A stretch of DNA of 64,000 bases. Origin: Euprymna scolopes (taxonomy: Eukaryota). Made by a program: the position numbers and the translations under genes. Below the pieces are notes generated by a model. That model did no database searches. It was not told the DNA's origin and saw only the letters and a list, made by a program, of their open reading frames with translations. The stretch lies in assembly GCA_053919585.1 (NCBI GenBank), contig CM132795.1; one strand, written 5' to 3'. Shown here piece by piece: positions 25,851 to 38,700 of this stretch; the first letter of the stretch is position 1; every line of letters begins with the position of its first letter.

Positions 25851-26310
25851 ATGTTATAAGATTTCTATCAAAAGAACCCAGTTTCTATCTGCTACTTTTA
25901 CAACTACTGACCGCATTTTACTTTTCAATAAAATGATCTTCATTAAAAATAAAGAACATTTCAAATAGAACAAAAAAAACAACAATAAAAATAACCAAAA
26001 AGTCACGTTTTAAATTCACGTGTTAATAGATCATAAAGTATCTAAATATAAAAGGTCTATTTCGAAAAATGTGTAAATTTATTATGAACAGTGTATTATG
26101 CACTCAGCAATGAAGCCTTTAATTAGCTTCAAACAACTCCGAGGGACAATTCCATTTCAGCCGCCAAGATTTTCCTAACTTGAATGGATTGAGAGGCAAA
26201 GATAATCAGGTTGATTAGATTTCGATCAATTATTTCTCTCAAATCTCATTAATCTCATCCATAAAATCGAATAGAGAAACCTCTTATTTAAATGGAACCC
26301 TAATTTATAA

Positions 26311-26425
26311 GGTTGGCAGCTCAATCACCTTGACATATGTGTTCTGCTCATCTCATCGAAGTTAAGCAATGTTAAAGATAATTAGTATTTTGATGGGTGA
26401 CCGTTCACAAGCACAAGATGCTACA
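26311..26425 (+). pseudogene. 5S rRNA-derived sequence (pseudogene or SINE3 head)
   Basis: CATCGAAGTTAAGCAATGT..TTAGTATTTTGATGGGTGACCG matches the 5S internal control region (CCGAAGTTAAGCAACGT..TTAGTACTTGGATGGGTGACCG). Confidence 0.75.
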
Positions 26426-27300
26426 TACAAATATTAGATGTAAATAAAACTCCTACCATGCTAAAAATTCGTGGTTAAATACTAATGCTATGAGTCTTAT
26501 TTTTATTAATTTATGGGGGTGAATGAAAAAAATCTGAAAGAATATGGCAGGCCTCCATCTCAGCTATGTTTCTACAAATGACAATTTGAATCTTATCTTA
26601 GTACTCAGAAAAAATAATCCGTCTGATATTGTCATATTTTGCTTAAACACTACTAATGTTTTTTTGACAATCTATATATAAAAAGATATAAACGTGAAGA
26701 TTGTCCGTTTGTTTAATCTCTGTTCTTNNNNNNNNNNNNNNNNNNNNNNNNNNNNNNNNNNNNNNNNNNNNNNNNNNNNNNNNNNNNNNNNNNNNNNNNN
26801 NNNNNNNNNNNNNNNNNNNNNNNNNNNNNNNNNNNNNNNNNNNNNNNNNNNNNNNNNNNNNNNNNNNNNNNNNNNNNNNNNNNNNNNNNNNNNNNNNNNN
26901 NNNNNNNNNNNNNNNNNNNNNNNNNNNNNNNNNNNNNNNNNNNNNNNNNNNNNNNNNNNNNNNNNNNNNGTAAGCAGCTGATGATCCCCGTTTTCTATTT
27001 ACAAAATTTTAGTTAAAGTTTTCTCTTTTCATCCTTATATAGTTAAATTCTGTTTTAAAATTGAAGACTTTTGCGAAATCGGTTTATGCAAATGCTAAGT
27101 CTATTTAACAATTTTAGCTAAAGCTTTTTTTTTTCATCCATATATAAATAAATTCTCTTTGGTCATTATAAATTTTTTATAATCGGATTATGTAGGTGCT
27201 AAGTCTACGATAGGTTAAAATTAATTTTTTTTTTCTTTCGGGAATTTAAACTGCATTCTTTATTTTTATTTTTGCATTTTTTATTCAAAGCTTCTTGAGA

Positions 27301-27359
<59 letters not shown>

Positions 27360-27364
<5 letters not shown>

Positions 27365-28567
27365 ATGACAGGAAAAATAGACACCCATAGAAACAGTTTA
27401 TTGTAATAAAGATATAATTTACAGAACAAAATCAAAAATAAATGGTCATAAATTTAATAACTAATACTATGTTTACATTCTCTTCGTAATTTTTTATGCT
27501 AGGACCCTTATAACCATATCATTAATCAGTTGACGAATATTATCTTGAGGAAATTCTTGTCATGTCTGTGAGCAATAATGCGAAAAGTTCAGGCTTAGAA
27601 GATGGTTTCATTTTCTTTTTGCGAAGTTTTCGGTCTAATATGTCTCAAAGGTTTACAACTGGGTTCATATCCGGGGACTGACTTGTCCATAGAAGTTTTT
27701 TAATCCTATTTGGCTCAACCAATATTGTGTCGCTTTAGCAGAGTGACAAGGAGCTCCGTTTTTCTATAAATAGGGAGTTAACTTGGTTCATTTTACCACT
27801 TGAGAATATTGGTAGGAATACTTCATGTAATATTGAAACATATTTAGCAGAATTGATGTTTCTATCAGACCCCAATATGTCTGAGCGACCATCACTCCAA
27901 ATTGCAACCTATGCAATAACAGATAAACTTCCATGTTTCAGTGTTGGCTGAAGTATTTTTAAGTAAAACTCTTGCTGAAGGAGCCTCCATATCCTTCCAC
28001 TGTCAGGAAATAATGCAAATCGTGACATCAGAGAAAATGACATTGGTTCAAAGGGTCATAGGTCTCTTTAATATCTTATGAGCCCAATCTTTTTCAGGTT
28101 TCCTTCTCACGGCTCTACCAAAATAGTTCAGCTTGCGAAGATACCTGACAGATGTCCTGACACAGACACTAGCTTGTGTTGCATCGAGGATCCTCGATGC
28201 AAAGAGGATCCTCTTCAACATTTCTTTTCACAAGACTCAAGGTTCTATGAGAGGACCCACGGCGAGCTGGGTCTTCTGGTTGTGCATTCTTTATTCTTTC
28301 TTGTGAATTGTACGATCACTCTAAAAAAAAGTAGAAAAGCGTATCGAAACATTTCCTGCTATTTTGCGTTGACTAAGACCACCTTCATGTTGATCCACAA
28401 TTCGTCCTCACAGAAATTCTGATAGGTCTGATCCTCCTTTGATTTGTGAAATGCTTCAATGTTGCTATATGCAATTTTTATGAGATACTCAAAGTTATTC
28501 CAGCACTTATCTTATCTGTAAATATAACTAAACATATATTAATCTTAGTAAAAATATTTATCTCAGT
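27360..28567 (-). mobile_element. Decayed Tc1-like transposon
   Basis: Minus: DLSEFL.GRIV..GLSQRKIA and SQSPDMNPV.NL; terminus TA|CAG at 27360, other end runs into a gap. Confidence 0.8.
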
Positions 28568-28754
28568 NNNNNNNNNNNNNNNNNNNNNNNNNNNNNNNNN
28601 NNNNNNNNNNNNNNNNNNNNNNNNNNNNNNNNNNNNNNNNNNNNNNNNNNNNNNNNNNNNNNNNNNNNNNNNNNNNNNNNNNNNNNNNNNNNNNNNNNNN
28701 NNNNNNNNNNNNNNNNTTACAATTCGTAACATTTATTATTCAAACAAAGGATAA

Positions 28755-28975
28755 GAACTGCACGCCTGTGGAACTCTGTTCCGTCAGCCTGCTTCCCACC
28801 GGACTACAACTTGGATGTCTTCAAGTCCAATGTTAACAAATTCCTAATGAACCGCCCCCTTAAGTAAACGCTTCATCAAATCTTCATACTAACGTAATGT
28901 ACTTGCAATAACCCTTATCCCTGAGTGGCTTCCGGGCCTTGATAAGTGGTGATCACTGTGTAAAAAAAAAAAAAA
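28755..28975 (+). mobile_element. CR1/L2-group LINE 3' fragment with poly(A)
   Basis: RTARLWNS..FKSNVNKF, 3' stem-loop and A-tail. Confidence 0.88.
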
Positions 28976-29147
28976 TAATAAAAAATATAGATAATTATTC
29001 TCTTATGCTATGGAGTTTTAAAGAATTCTATTTTTCTCAAGGAAACACCAGTTAGCAAAATAACTTTCATATAGAGTAGCTATAATTTTACTATTTAGCA
29101 CAAAAATTGAAAACGTCAAGAAGTAATATTCTGAATATATATAAATA

Positions 29148-29812
29148 TCTCTATTATTATATAAAAGGAACTTAGTGTGTGTGCGAGTTCGTTCTCTGCA
29201 ACGGCTGGCCCGATTTTTATGAAATTTCAAGCAAATGTATTTTATGCATCTGACAGTGTTCTTAGATATGTTTTGTATCGGAATGTTTTCGATAAGTATC
29301 AATGATCAATAATCGAAATAATTCGATAAAAGAAGGAACAAGCGTTTTGGACCAAAGTTAACATCTTACACAGCCTAACATCACAAGTGTGTTTGAGAAG
29401 TTGTATTACAACACAAGCAGAAAGGCCCGACATATAAAATCAACAGCAGGTTATTTGATATGACGGGGATGCGTTAAGGATGAATGCTTCTGTTTAGCAC
29501 ACAACTGAACCATGACACTTGACTTTTATATTTTAAACTTTAATTCAAGTCATTATATATAAAATTAATATTATAAAATGAATAGTATGTTCTCTACAGC
29601 GCAATGTAGATTACAGGAATAATGTAGACTGAGTCACTGCAGAGGGAGGAGGCATCTGAAGCTTCCTTCCAATCCCACCTAGAGCCGGCAATTAATCGAC
29701 TTGATTGAAAAATAGGCAATGTCATCGATTTTGATGGCAATAAAAATATAGAACTGTGAAAAAAAGTCATTGATCATTATTCAATCCCAGCCAACTTTGG
29801 ATCTCCCTGCTA

Positions 29813-29813
<1 letters not shown>
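29148..29813 (+). mobile_element. Non-autonomous Helitron-like element, family 1, copy 3 (near full length)
   Basis: Starts A|TCTCTATTATTATATAAAAGGAAC; homologous to the other copies; decayed 3' hairpin. Confidence 0.7.
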
Positions 29814-29882
<69 letters not shown>

Positions 29883-30126
29883 CTAGAAAATTTTATTGTT
29901 TACACAAATTGGAAAAAGTATATTTTCTTGTAGATATATTAGTAAAATTGAACAAGTTTTGGAATTGACAAAAGAGGTACAAGTCACTTCACAACAACAA
30001 TTCCAACAATAATTGGAAGAACTAAAATAATTTAAAAAAAAAAAAAAAAACAATTCCCAAACTAATAACAATTGAAAAGTTATTCAACCAACCGGCAAAC
30101 GACAACAAATCACTTTTGGAAAATGA

Positions 30127-31000
30127 CAGGGTGAAATGATAAAATTATCGCGCTAGAAAAGACGACATGATTCTATTTCTGTTTGATGAAAGCCGGTTTT
30201 CATTTTTTGTCTCAAATCATCTACTAGTTGGCCAGTTGTGTACACATCCCAAGAGCAACAGGAGCCTTCTATCTTGTATGAAAATGACACAATGTTCACC
30301 AAGCGAGATCAGAGATGCGCCGCTGTACAACTCATGCTTTCTACCGATCCAAGTTATAACAATATGACCATTGCCAGCACCCTCGAAATGCATCGCTGAA
30401 TTGCCAGGAATAACAGGGACGTGCCCAGGGAGATGAAAAAAAGTTTCCGGCCACGGTTATGTATTTGGTGTGGTTTTAAATGAGGGCCGCATCATGCCAC
30501 CTCAGTCGGCTTGAAATTCAACATCAAGTGTACCTGGATGTACTGAAGAGTGTGGTGATCCCCTGCTGCAATCAGGTGGCCTCTGGAAGACCCTAGGTGT
30601 GAAATCAAGAAGCAAAGAGACCCAGGCTTGGCTTCAGAAGGAATGTTACGACTTTGTACACCTCTCTAACTGGCCCACCTACTCCCCCGATCTGAACTCG
30701 CTGGATTACTTCGTTTGGTCGAGAAAATCACCAAAATGACCTTCCACAACACGAAAGCCAGCCAGATCGCCGAAATCCGCCGAGTATTCGCCAAGATTCC
30801 ACTGGCGCTTGTGGAAAAGGCATGCTCCCATTTCTGGACTCGTATCGAGACGGTGATTGAGGTAGAAGGCAGTTACATTGAATAGATGTCAGCTCTAGTA
30901 TATAATCAAATCACCTAAAGTTATTTTTTTTCAATAAATGTTTTGAAATAAAGCCGTGGTGTTGTTTTCTTTAGTGCGACAATTTTATCGTTCCATAGTG
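30127..31000 (+). mobile_element. Internally deleted Tc1/mariner element, DD37D (maT)-like
   Basis: TIR CAGGGTGAAATGATAAAATTATCGCGCTA vs reverse complement of the right end CACTATGGAACGATAAAATTGTCGCACTA; WPTYSPDLNSLDYFVW, KACSHFWTRIETVIEVEGSYIE*. Confidence 0.82.
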
Positions 31001-32011
31001 TATTATCCAGGATCATAAAATAACCAAATTCGAGAATTTTTTCTGCTGAAGGAATTTCAAATTCACTCTTGGAATTTAAATACGACCCGGATATTGGTTC
31101 AAACTTTTTAGTCAAGAAACAGTAATACGGGTGCTAAGAGACGACAGTGAATCGTCAGATCTGTAGTAGAATACTATTAGAGAACTTCCAGTAGGTTAGA
31201 TGTAAAAAAAAGCAGTAAAGAAAGATAATTAGTAAATAATGTCGGCTACTCTGCAAAAGAAAATTCCCAAAGAAATTCACACACTCATCCAGGGATTTCA
31301 AGAATGAAATATTTAATGGGAAGTTATACTTATTGACTAAGGAATGAACCAAGACATAGAAATTTGGTGATGATGATGCTGATGATGATGATGAAGAGAG
31401 GGAGTAGAAGGGGGAGGAGGGAGATTATGATGATGACAGTTACATTTACCATGAAACAAAAAAAAACCCACTCATCTTGTAAATTACAAAAAATAGATAA
31501 AAAATCTCATTAATTGTTTTAAAAATTGTGTTTTTAATAATAAAAGCAAAAACGCAAAGTAATCATATCAATTTTTCGACAATATATTTTCATGTTTTGC
31601 CTGACAAACCGACGTTCCACCTTTTCGTTCATTAATTTCATTTTGTAACCAGTTTTTAATCGTGAATTCGTTTTCATGTTCATGCCTGTACAAAATCAAG
31701 TTTTCTCGACTTGGAATAACGAAAACATTTTATAATTAACCTTTCTGTTGTTCTTATTCATAATTAATAAACTGTTATTATCTTCATACAGTGTAAATTT
31801 CTTTAACATTGGAATATATTAAATAACACCATAACAACCACTTTTTGTTGTTTTTACCCAAATTACAAAAATGTGAAATGAAAATTATTTCCTTGTTTTT
31901 TTTTTGTTTTGTTTTTTTCTGTAAAGTATGGATATAGCTACATTAAGGGCATATAGAGTTTGCCAATATAATATCAGTGTTGAAATACATTTTAAAGATT
32001 TTTGAAATATA

Positions 32012-32052
<41 letters not shown>

Positions 32053-33651
32053 CTAAAAGTATTTTGATCTGCTTATTTTCTTGTCTCTTTGTCCATTTGG
32101 CTGTTTCATCAAAAGAAAGGCCGTCCTTAAGACCCCCCCCCGCAAACTCCGCTATTGTGGAAGCGCAAGTTTCCTAGGGGCCGCAAAGCCCGTGAAGCCA
32201 CAAGCCACCTTGGCTCCGCAGATCTATTGTAATGAAAAATAAAATGGTAAAATAATTATTAGGATTACCTGGAAAAGTATTATCATACTTGTATTTTGAA
32301 NNNNNNNNNNNNNNNNNNNNNNNNNNNNNNNNNNNNNNNNNNNNNNNNNNNNNNNNNNNNNNNNNNNNNNNNNNNNNNNNNNNNNNNNNNNNNNNNNNNN
32401 NNNNNNNNNNNNNNNNNNNNNNNNNNNNNNNNNNNNNNNNNNNNNNNNNNNNNNNNNNNNNNNNNNNNNNGGAGGGGACGAGGATACTGAAACTTATTTG
32501 TAATTAAAAACTGAATTTGAGAGAGAAATGGATTTTAGATATCTTTTTCAATGTAAAAGATCATAACATCTTTTTTTAAACTTTCAGAATGTCATAAAAT
32601 GTTTAAGAAAATCTAGTTACTGTCTAGTTTATAAACAAGAAATATCAGCTTTAGCTCCAAGCAACTTGAGATTTTGGAAAAGGCACGATGATCCTAATAT
32701 ATAAGATCCAATCCTAACGTAAATAATTGGCACTTGACCTGTCACGACAGTGATCTATATATTAATATAATGCTTTTGATTACAATATTGAAATAACTTT
32801 TTTGTCAGTAAAACATCTCATACGCACAAACATACAAAATAGCTCTGGCTAACGTTAATCAATTTAAACCGGTCATTAAGTTAACCCCTCTTAGTTTTTG
32901 TGAGCTTGATTTCAAATTTTTTTTTACATCTATGTAATTAATCCAAGACACTGATGACGGTCCTTTCTGTTTTATTTTACATGTGTCTGAATTGGTGGCG
33001 AAAAGAATATTCAAATGATACAGACTGCGGGTGCGTAGATAGAATACCACAAAATCAAACTACTTAAGAGAGAATTTTTAGTTATTATTGAAACAGTTAC
33101 ATTTTTATTCTGGTATAGTCAATTTCAATCAAACTAAAAACTGATAAACAAAATGAATTTTTCTGCAACATAATCGCAAGTGGGCTTTTTCTTTTTTTAA
33201 AACTATATTTTAAAGAAATGTAAAATGTGTTTTAAGAAACAAAAAAAAAACTAAAAAAAAAAATGGAACTAGACGTCCATTTTGTCAATAAGGAAGATTT
33301 TTTAATTATTTAACTGTTTATTTGAATCGTCAATAAAAATCTTTGACCACACATACATATGTACACCCTATATTCATGTTTGAAACCGTATTTGAAACTT
33401 TACGTCTCGTTCTTGCATACACTTTTTTTGACACACAGATTGGAATTATATATACACACGTCAATTATACGATCGGTCTGTAACTCTAGTTACGATACAC
33501 TATTATCAAACCTTTTCTTACCTGTAATATTAGTAACATTTATTTAACAGCGTTAATTAAATACCACACACTCGTTTCCATTTCGAGTAGTAGATTGTTT
33601 TGTTTTGATTAATTGTATTTCGATAATTATTGAATATTGGGTATAATTTAA

Positions 33652-35330
33652 AATGAAACATATTCACGAATTCAGAAAAAGTAAGTTGAAATTTAAGAGA
33701 ATAGAAAAGTTTGTTAAAATCTCAGAGAATAATTGAATTTTTCTAATGCACCAGCTTGTACGTAATAACCCTGGCGTTAAGATACAATCTGTTTCTGATT
33801 TTGAGCATGGAAAGACAGTACCAGATGAGCAACGGCCGACCCAGTCAACGTTCGAGTATACTGATCCAAGGTATGTTCTAGCTTATCATATTTCTGATGA
33901 TCATGCTAATTTGAGATAATTAATTGAAACACAGCGTATTGATTTGGTTTCGAAGGCTCCAGTTTTTTTTGCTTTGTTTTTTACATGGTGGTCACCACCT
34001 ATCAAGGCACGGAAGACACTCAGTGATAAGGGTTATTGCAAGTACAGTACGTTAGTGTGGAGATTTATTGAAGTGTTTACTTGAGGTGGCGGTTCATTAG
34101 GAATTTGTTTACGTTGGACTTGAAGATATCCTGGTTGTAGTCAGGTGGGAAGCAGGCAGACAGAACAGAGTTCCACAGGCGTGTAGTTCTAAGAAATAAG
34201 CTTTGTTCATGGAATCTACGTTTTGATTTAGGCACAGATAAAGAGTGGGGAAAATTTTTGACAGTGGATTCAGCTAGACGGGTGTTTTTCGTGAAAGATT
34301 GGCTCGGGGGACCAGAGATTGGAGGTCAAACGAGCACCTGTCATGGAAATAACGATAAAACAAGGATAGGCTCGCAACGTCTCTTCTGTGGGAGAGAGGT
34401 TGCAGGAAAGAGAAAAGGCTATCCCCCACTAAGCCACGAAGTCTATTTTGTACCCTGTCAAGGCAGGATAGGCTGTTTTTAGCAGCTCCTGTCCAGATAT
34501 GACTTACGGGTTATGACTTCCCATTAAACTAGGAAAACCTACCGAGGAAAATTTCAGAAAAGAATTATTGACTCTGAAAAATAACAACACTGTTCGTCGT
34601 GCATAGTTTGTCTACTCTAAATCTGCTGACCGGATTTTTTGTTTTGCCTACCTTTTGTTCAGTAGTGAAAGCAAAAGTCGTAGGGGACTGTCTTCGTTCC
34701 TAGAATTTGGTTACTAGTGGAGCTGTCCAATATAATCAAATTTTGGGCTGAGAAATTTGGCCTTCCTTGGTACAAACAAAAAGCTTAGTGACATCAGAAA
34801 TGGGGATTTTCTTGGGGAAGTGGAGCTAATAGCAAAATTTTATCCTCTCTTGTCTAGCGCACTAAGAGTCATGAACTGAGTGATCATTATCTCAGCGACC
34901 GCATTCAGAACGAACTTACTGGCCTTTTTGCTAAATAAATATGAAACAAAATCATTTCCAAAGTTCTTGCATCAAAATATTATAGCATAACGATAGATTG
35001 CACATTTTACATCAATCACACATAGAAAGTAAGTATTGCTCTTCAGGAAGTTGAATTTACAGAAGCAGTGGACCATAAAGTTTTGAACACTTTCGTGTTG
35101 TGTGAGATATAATCGGAAAAGGGTATTTTGACAACATGATCAACTTCCTGTCCAAGTATAGCAATTTCATAGAAGCCGAATTTAAGGCAAATGAATTAGC
35201 TGATGAGCATCAAATGAATTGTGTCTATCCAGAACAAAGGAGAAGAAAGAAAACATGTAATTCATGATACAATTTCACAAAATCTTCAGGAAGAGTTTGA
35301 AAACATGAATGATTTTAAATCAAGTAGGAG
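33652..35330 (+). mobile_element. Decayed hAT (ZMYM1/DUF4371-like) transposase, interrupted by a LINE
   Basis: SADRIFCFAYLLF, LAFLG..NGDFLGEVELIAKFYP, YLSDRIQNEL, KYYSITIDCT. Confidence 0.75.
33963..34500 (-). mobile_element. 5'-truncated CR1/L2-group LINE nested in the hAT relic
   Basis: Closely similar to 57467-58005; T-rich tail and 3' stem-loop. Confidence 0.9.
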
Positions 35331-35399
35331 ATATGTGTAACGGTAGTAAAATAAAAAGCTGCAATAACCAATATACATGTTGCATTCCTTTGGCAAAAG

Positions 35400-35756
35400 A
35401 TGTTAGAGGGGGCGATATTGACTGTTAGAGCCCCGATTTAAACCCAATCGAGAATATTTGGTCCCTAATATCTCGTGCATTGTCTGGAAGAACTTTTTCA
35501 AATAATGACAAACTGTGGAAGCTGTGCAATTCGAATGGAATAGCATCTCCTCTTCGCAGTGTTCCACTTTGGGTGAGATCATACCTAAAAGGATTGATCT
35601 TTTAAAGAAATCAAAAGGGAATGCGATTCCATCCTAAGCATTTATCAAAGTAAATTTCTTGTTCTGTGTTATTAGTCTCGTTTAAGTTTCCTTGTTCAAT
35701 TGTTCATTATAAAATAAAGCTTTTAGTGCAATAAAATGTATAAAATTTGTTCGGCC
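35400..35756 (+). mobile_element. Tc1 transposase C-terminal fragment and 3' region
   Basis: SPDLNPIENIWS..EWNSI..IPKRI..KSKGNAIPS*. Confidence 0.82.
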
Positions 35757-36016
35757 NNNNNNNNNNNNNNNNNNNNNNNNNNNNNNNNNNNNNNNNNNNN
35801 NNNNNNNNNNNNNNNNNNNNNNNNNNNNNNNNNNNNNNNNNNNNNNNNNNNNNNNNNNNNNNNNNNNNNNNNNNNNNNNNNNNNNNCGTTGCCAGGGTCG
35901 ACATGAAGTTCGGTTTCGCCACACCTGCTATACTAAGAATATCGAACATTTTTTTTCATTATTATATGTCAACTCTATCGTTACCCAACAAAAATTTCCA
36001 AAATAAAAGAACGAAT

Positions 36017-36647
36017 GAGTACGGGAATCGCTTCGTCAGGCCAAGGACATCTCTGGCTGTTTCAACTCAAACATTGCCAATTTATAACTAGGACTACATC
36101 ATTTTTAAGTGTAAAGGGGGGAGACAGGACCTAAACGTTAGCATTTACAATGAATAATATAACTGACATTATTTCGTTAATTATTCATTACATCGTAAAC
36201 TTTTTTCAACAAACGTATACTATTTATTTTATTTTAAACGTTAGTGGCCTAATGAATTATTCACATAACTATATATTTTAACTGATTAATGTTAATAAAT
36301 AATTATACTTATGATGTACATATTACAGTTGAATACAGCTGTTCCCTTTTTTTAAATCTTGGGTTCCTATTCTACACAACTTACCTACTGAACTAGGAAT
36401 TTACTGATAATATTGGAACTCTACTTGAAACTCATTACGCACTATAAATAAAATAAAATAAAATAATAAATAAATTAATATAATTAACATAATGGATGAT
36501 CACATTTTAATGTATATACTTTCTCTTTAGGTCCTGTTTCCCCCCCCCTTGACACTTAAATATGATGTAGTCCTAGTTATAAATTGGCAATGTTTGAGTT
36601 GAAACAGCCAGAGATGTCCTTGGCCCGACGAAGCGATTCCCGTACTG
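36017..36647. mobile_element. MITE with near-perfect TIRs of about 120 bp and an AT-rich interior
   Basis: AGTACGGGAATCGCTTCGTC.GGCCAAGGACATCTCTGGCTGTTTCAACTC..CAGGACCTAAA is inverted at about 36526-36646; no TSD seen. Confidence 0.85.
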
Positions 36648-36773
36648 GGTTTTCGCTGAAATATGTATGCTTATGTGTAGCCATTTGTTTGTAAACTAAA
36701 TTCACTTATTTTGGCTCTGTCTAAACATTGAGCACTCTTTTGGTGGACACACTTACAAATAATTACTACCAAT

Positions 36774-36829
<56 letters not shown>

Positions 36830-38243
36830 TTAAGACCAACTTTATTTTGGGGCTTTATCTCTATCATATTGTAAGAATCTTCCATTTTAATGGGTAAATT
36901 TTTGCAATGGTGAATCCATTTGTGAGTTTTAATCGCAGAAATAAATTCACGGATTTTCTTCATGAACGAAATATCTTAATTTCATATTTTATATTTTCAA
37001 GTTGTAAAAGAAAGAATATTTAAGAGCATTTTTTCTAGATTGCTATTCTAATGTTCCCCAAAGCAAAAGGTTTCCGCTGATTAGATTCTTTAAATTCAAA
37101 AGATTCGCTCACGAGAATTATTCCTGGTTTCGTCTGATCACAGAAATAATTTCATAATAAGGTTTGAAGAGTTGGGTAATTAAGACTCAGAATTAATTAG
37201 CCTTTTGCCTGAAGAAGAAGAAGAAGAAAAGAAGAAGAAGAAGAACAACAACAACAACAAGAACAAGAAAAAGTAGAAGAAAGAAATCAAGTAGAAGAAG
37301 AAAAAAGAAGAAAATTAATATTGAAATGCGAGAATTTGATTAATTCATGCAACTTAGCCATTTTGAGGGCAATTAGGATTTGTCTCAAACTAAGACGAAT
37401 TCATAATCGGGTGAAGGAAAAGATAAATAGTATCAGACAATACTAATTGAATAATCAGGTTTTAAACATAATAATAATGATCAGGCTAAAAAGAGCATTA
37501 TTAATCCCAATGATAAAGGTTCTCATAAAAATTGACAGTAGATCAACACTTTGAGGGTCGTTTTATACTGAAATACCTGAAACACACTACCTATTATAAC
37601 CGGTTGATTATTTTTTTATGGAAATCGTTCCAAACAAGGCATGAAACCATTGGTTAAGGAGCTCAAAAAATACTATTTCAAGGTAAAAAACATTGCTAAC
37701 GATAAATGTTGGATGAAATAGATTCTGACTCAAAAACAGCAATTGTTTCCTTTTTGTCAGAAAGATTGCTCCTGAAGTGTTAGGACTAAAGAATAAAAGC
37801 GAGTTACGCAGCTGCCGAAAGTAAACTGGATATCTACTTTCCACTCTACAATTAATTGAATACAAGTTGCTGTTTTCTCCAAGCAGTTTCTAGGCTTCTT
37901 ACATTATGTATAGATAAGTTTTAACGTTAAGATTATTGTTCGTGTAATAATAGGTATGTTATACGAATGTTGATTCTCTGTGTCAAAAATTACGAAACTG
38001 ATTATCCTTCTACAGTGTTTGCACTAATATTCACATTCATATAAAATAAACTATCAACCAGGGAAGTAAAAAAAATAAGAAAGAAAAAACATCTCAAACT
38101 GTAGAGTTTTAAAAAGAAAAAAGTCGAATAGAGAGAGAAAAGGAAACAAAAGGGGAAAAAAACGTCTTACTATAGAAATAAAGTGAAGAAGACCGTTTGC
38201 TTACTGAATTCCATTAAAATGTTGAAACGGTTTCATCCGGGAC

Positions 38244-38312
<69 letters not shown>

Positions 38313-38324
38313 GTATGTATATAT

Positions 38325-38700
38325 ATAATTATTTCCACAGTCGAACACTGTCACAGCCCTCAAGAGCCATGACAACCAACGAACCGGAAATCCAAGAATC
38401 GGGTTTCGCCCTCATTTGGGCTCATCGGTTAGACATATCCGAACCCGGGATTCAAACCAAAGCCTCTTACATACGAGGCAAGAACTCTGCCAACTGAGCA
38501 AACGCCTCGCACACAATAAATTCTATTAACTAACACACACCAAGCAAACCGCGGCGAAATTCGACTGTGGAATGGGCCTACTTTCTCTCGACAAGGGACG
38601 CGGTCATCCAACCAGCTAATAATCCCAAGCCGATGTCTCACAAGAAGGAATTTTCTACTCGCAAGAACGATGCCATCCAGCAATGCTAACCTAGAGAGCA
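38325..38700 (-). ncRNA. Composite element: 5S-like segment, tRNA(Ala-like) head and decayed type I hammerhead (HHR family D)
   Basis: Minus: TTATTAGCTGGTTGGATGACCGC (5S C-box-like); TTGCTCAGTTGG (A box), anticodon arm CTTGC/GTAAG, GGTTTGAATCC (B box); CTAA-CCGATGA-GCCC aaatga GGGC-GAAAC..CCGGTTC-GTTGG. Confidence 0.6.
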
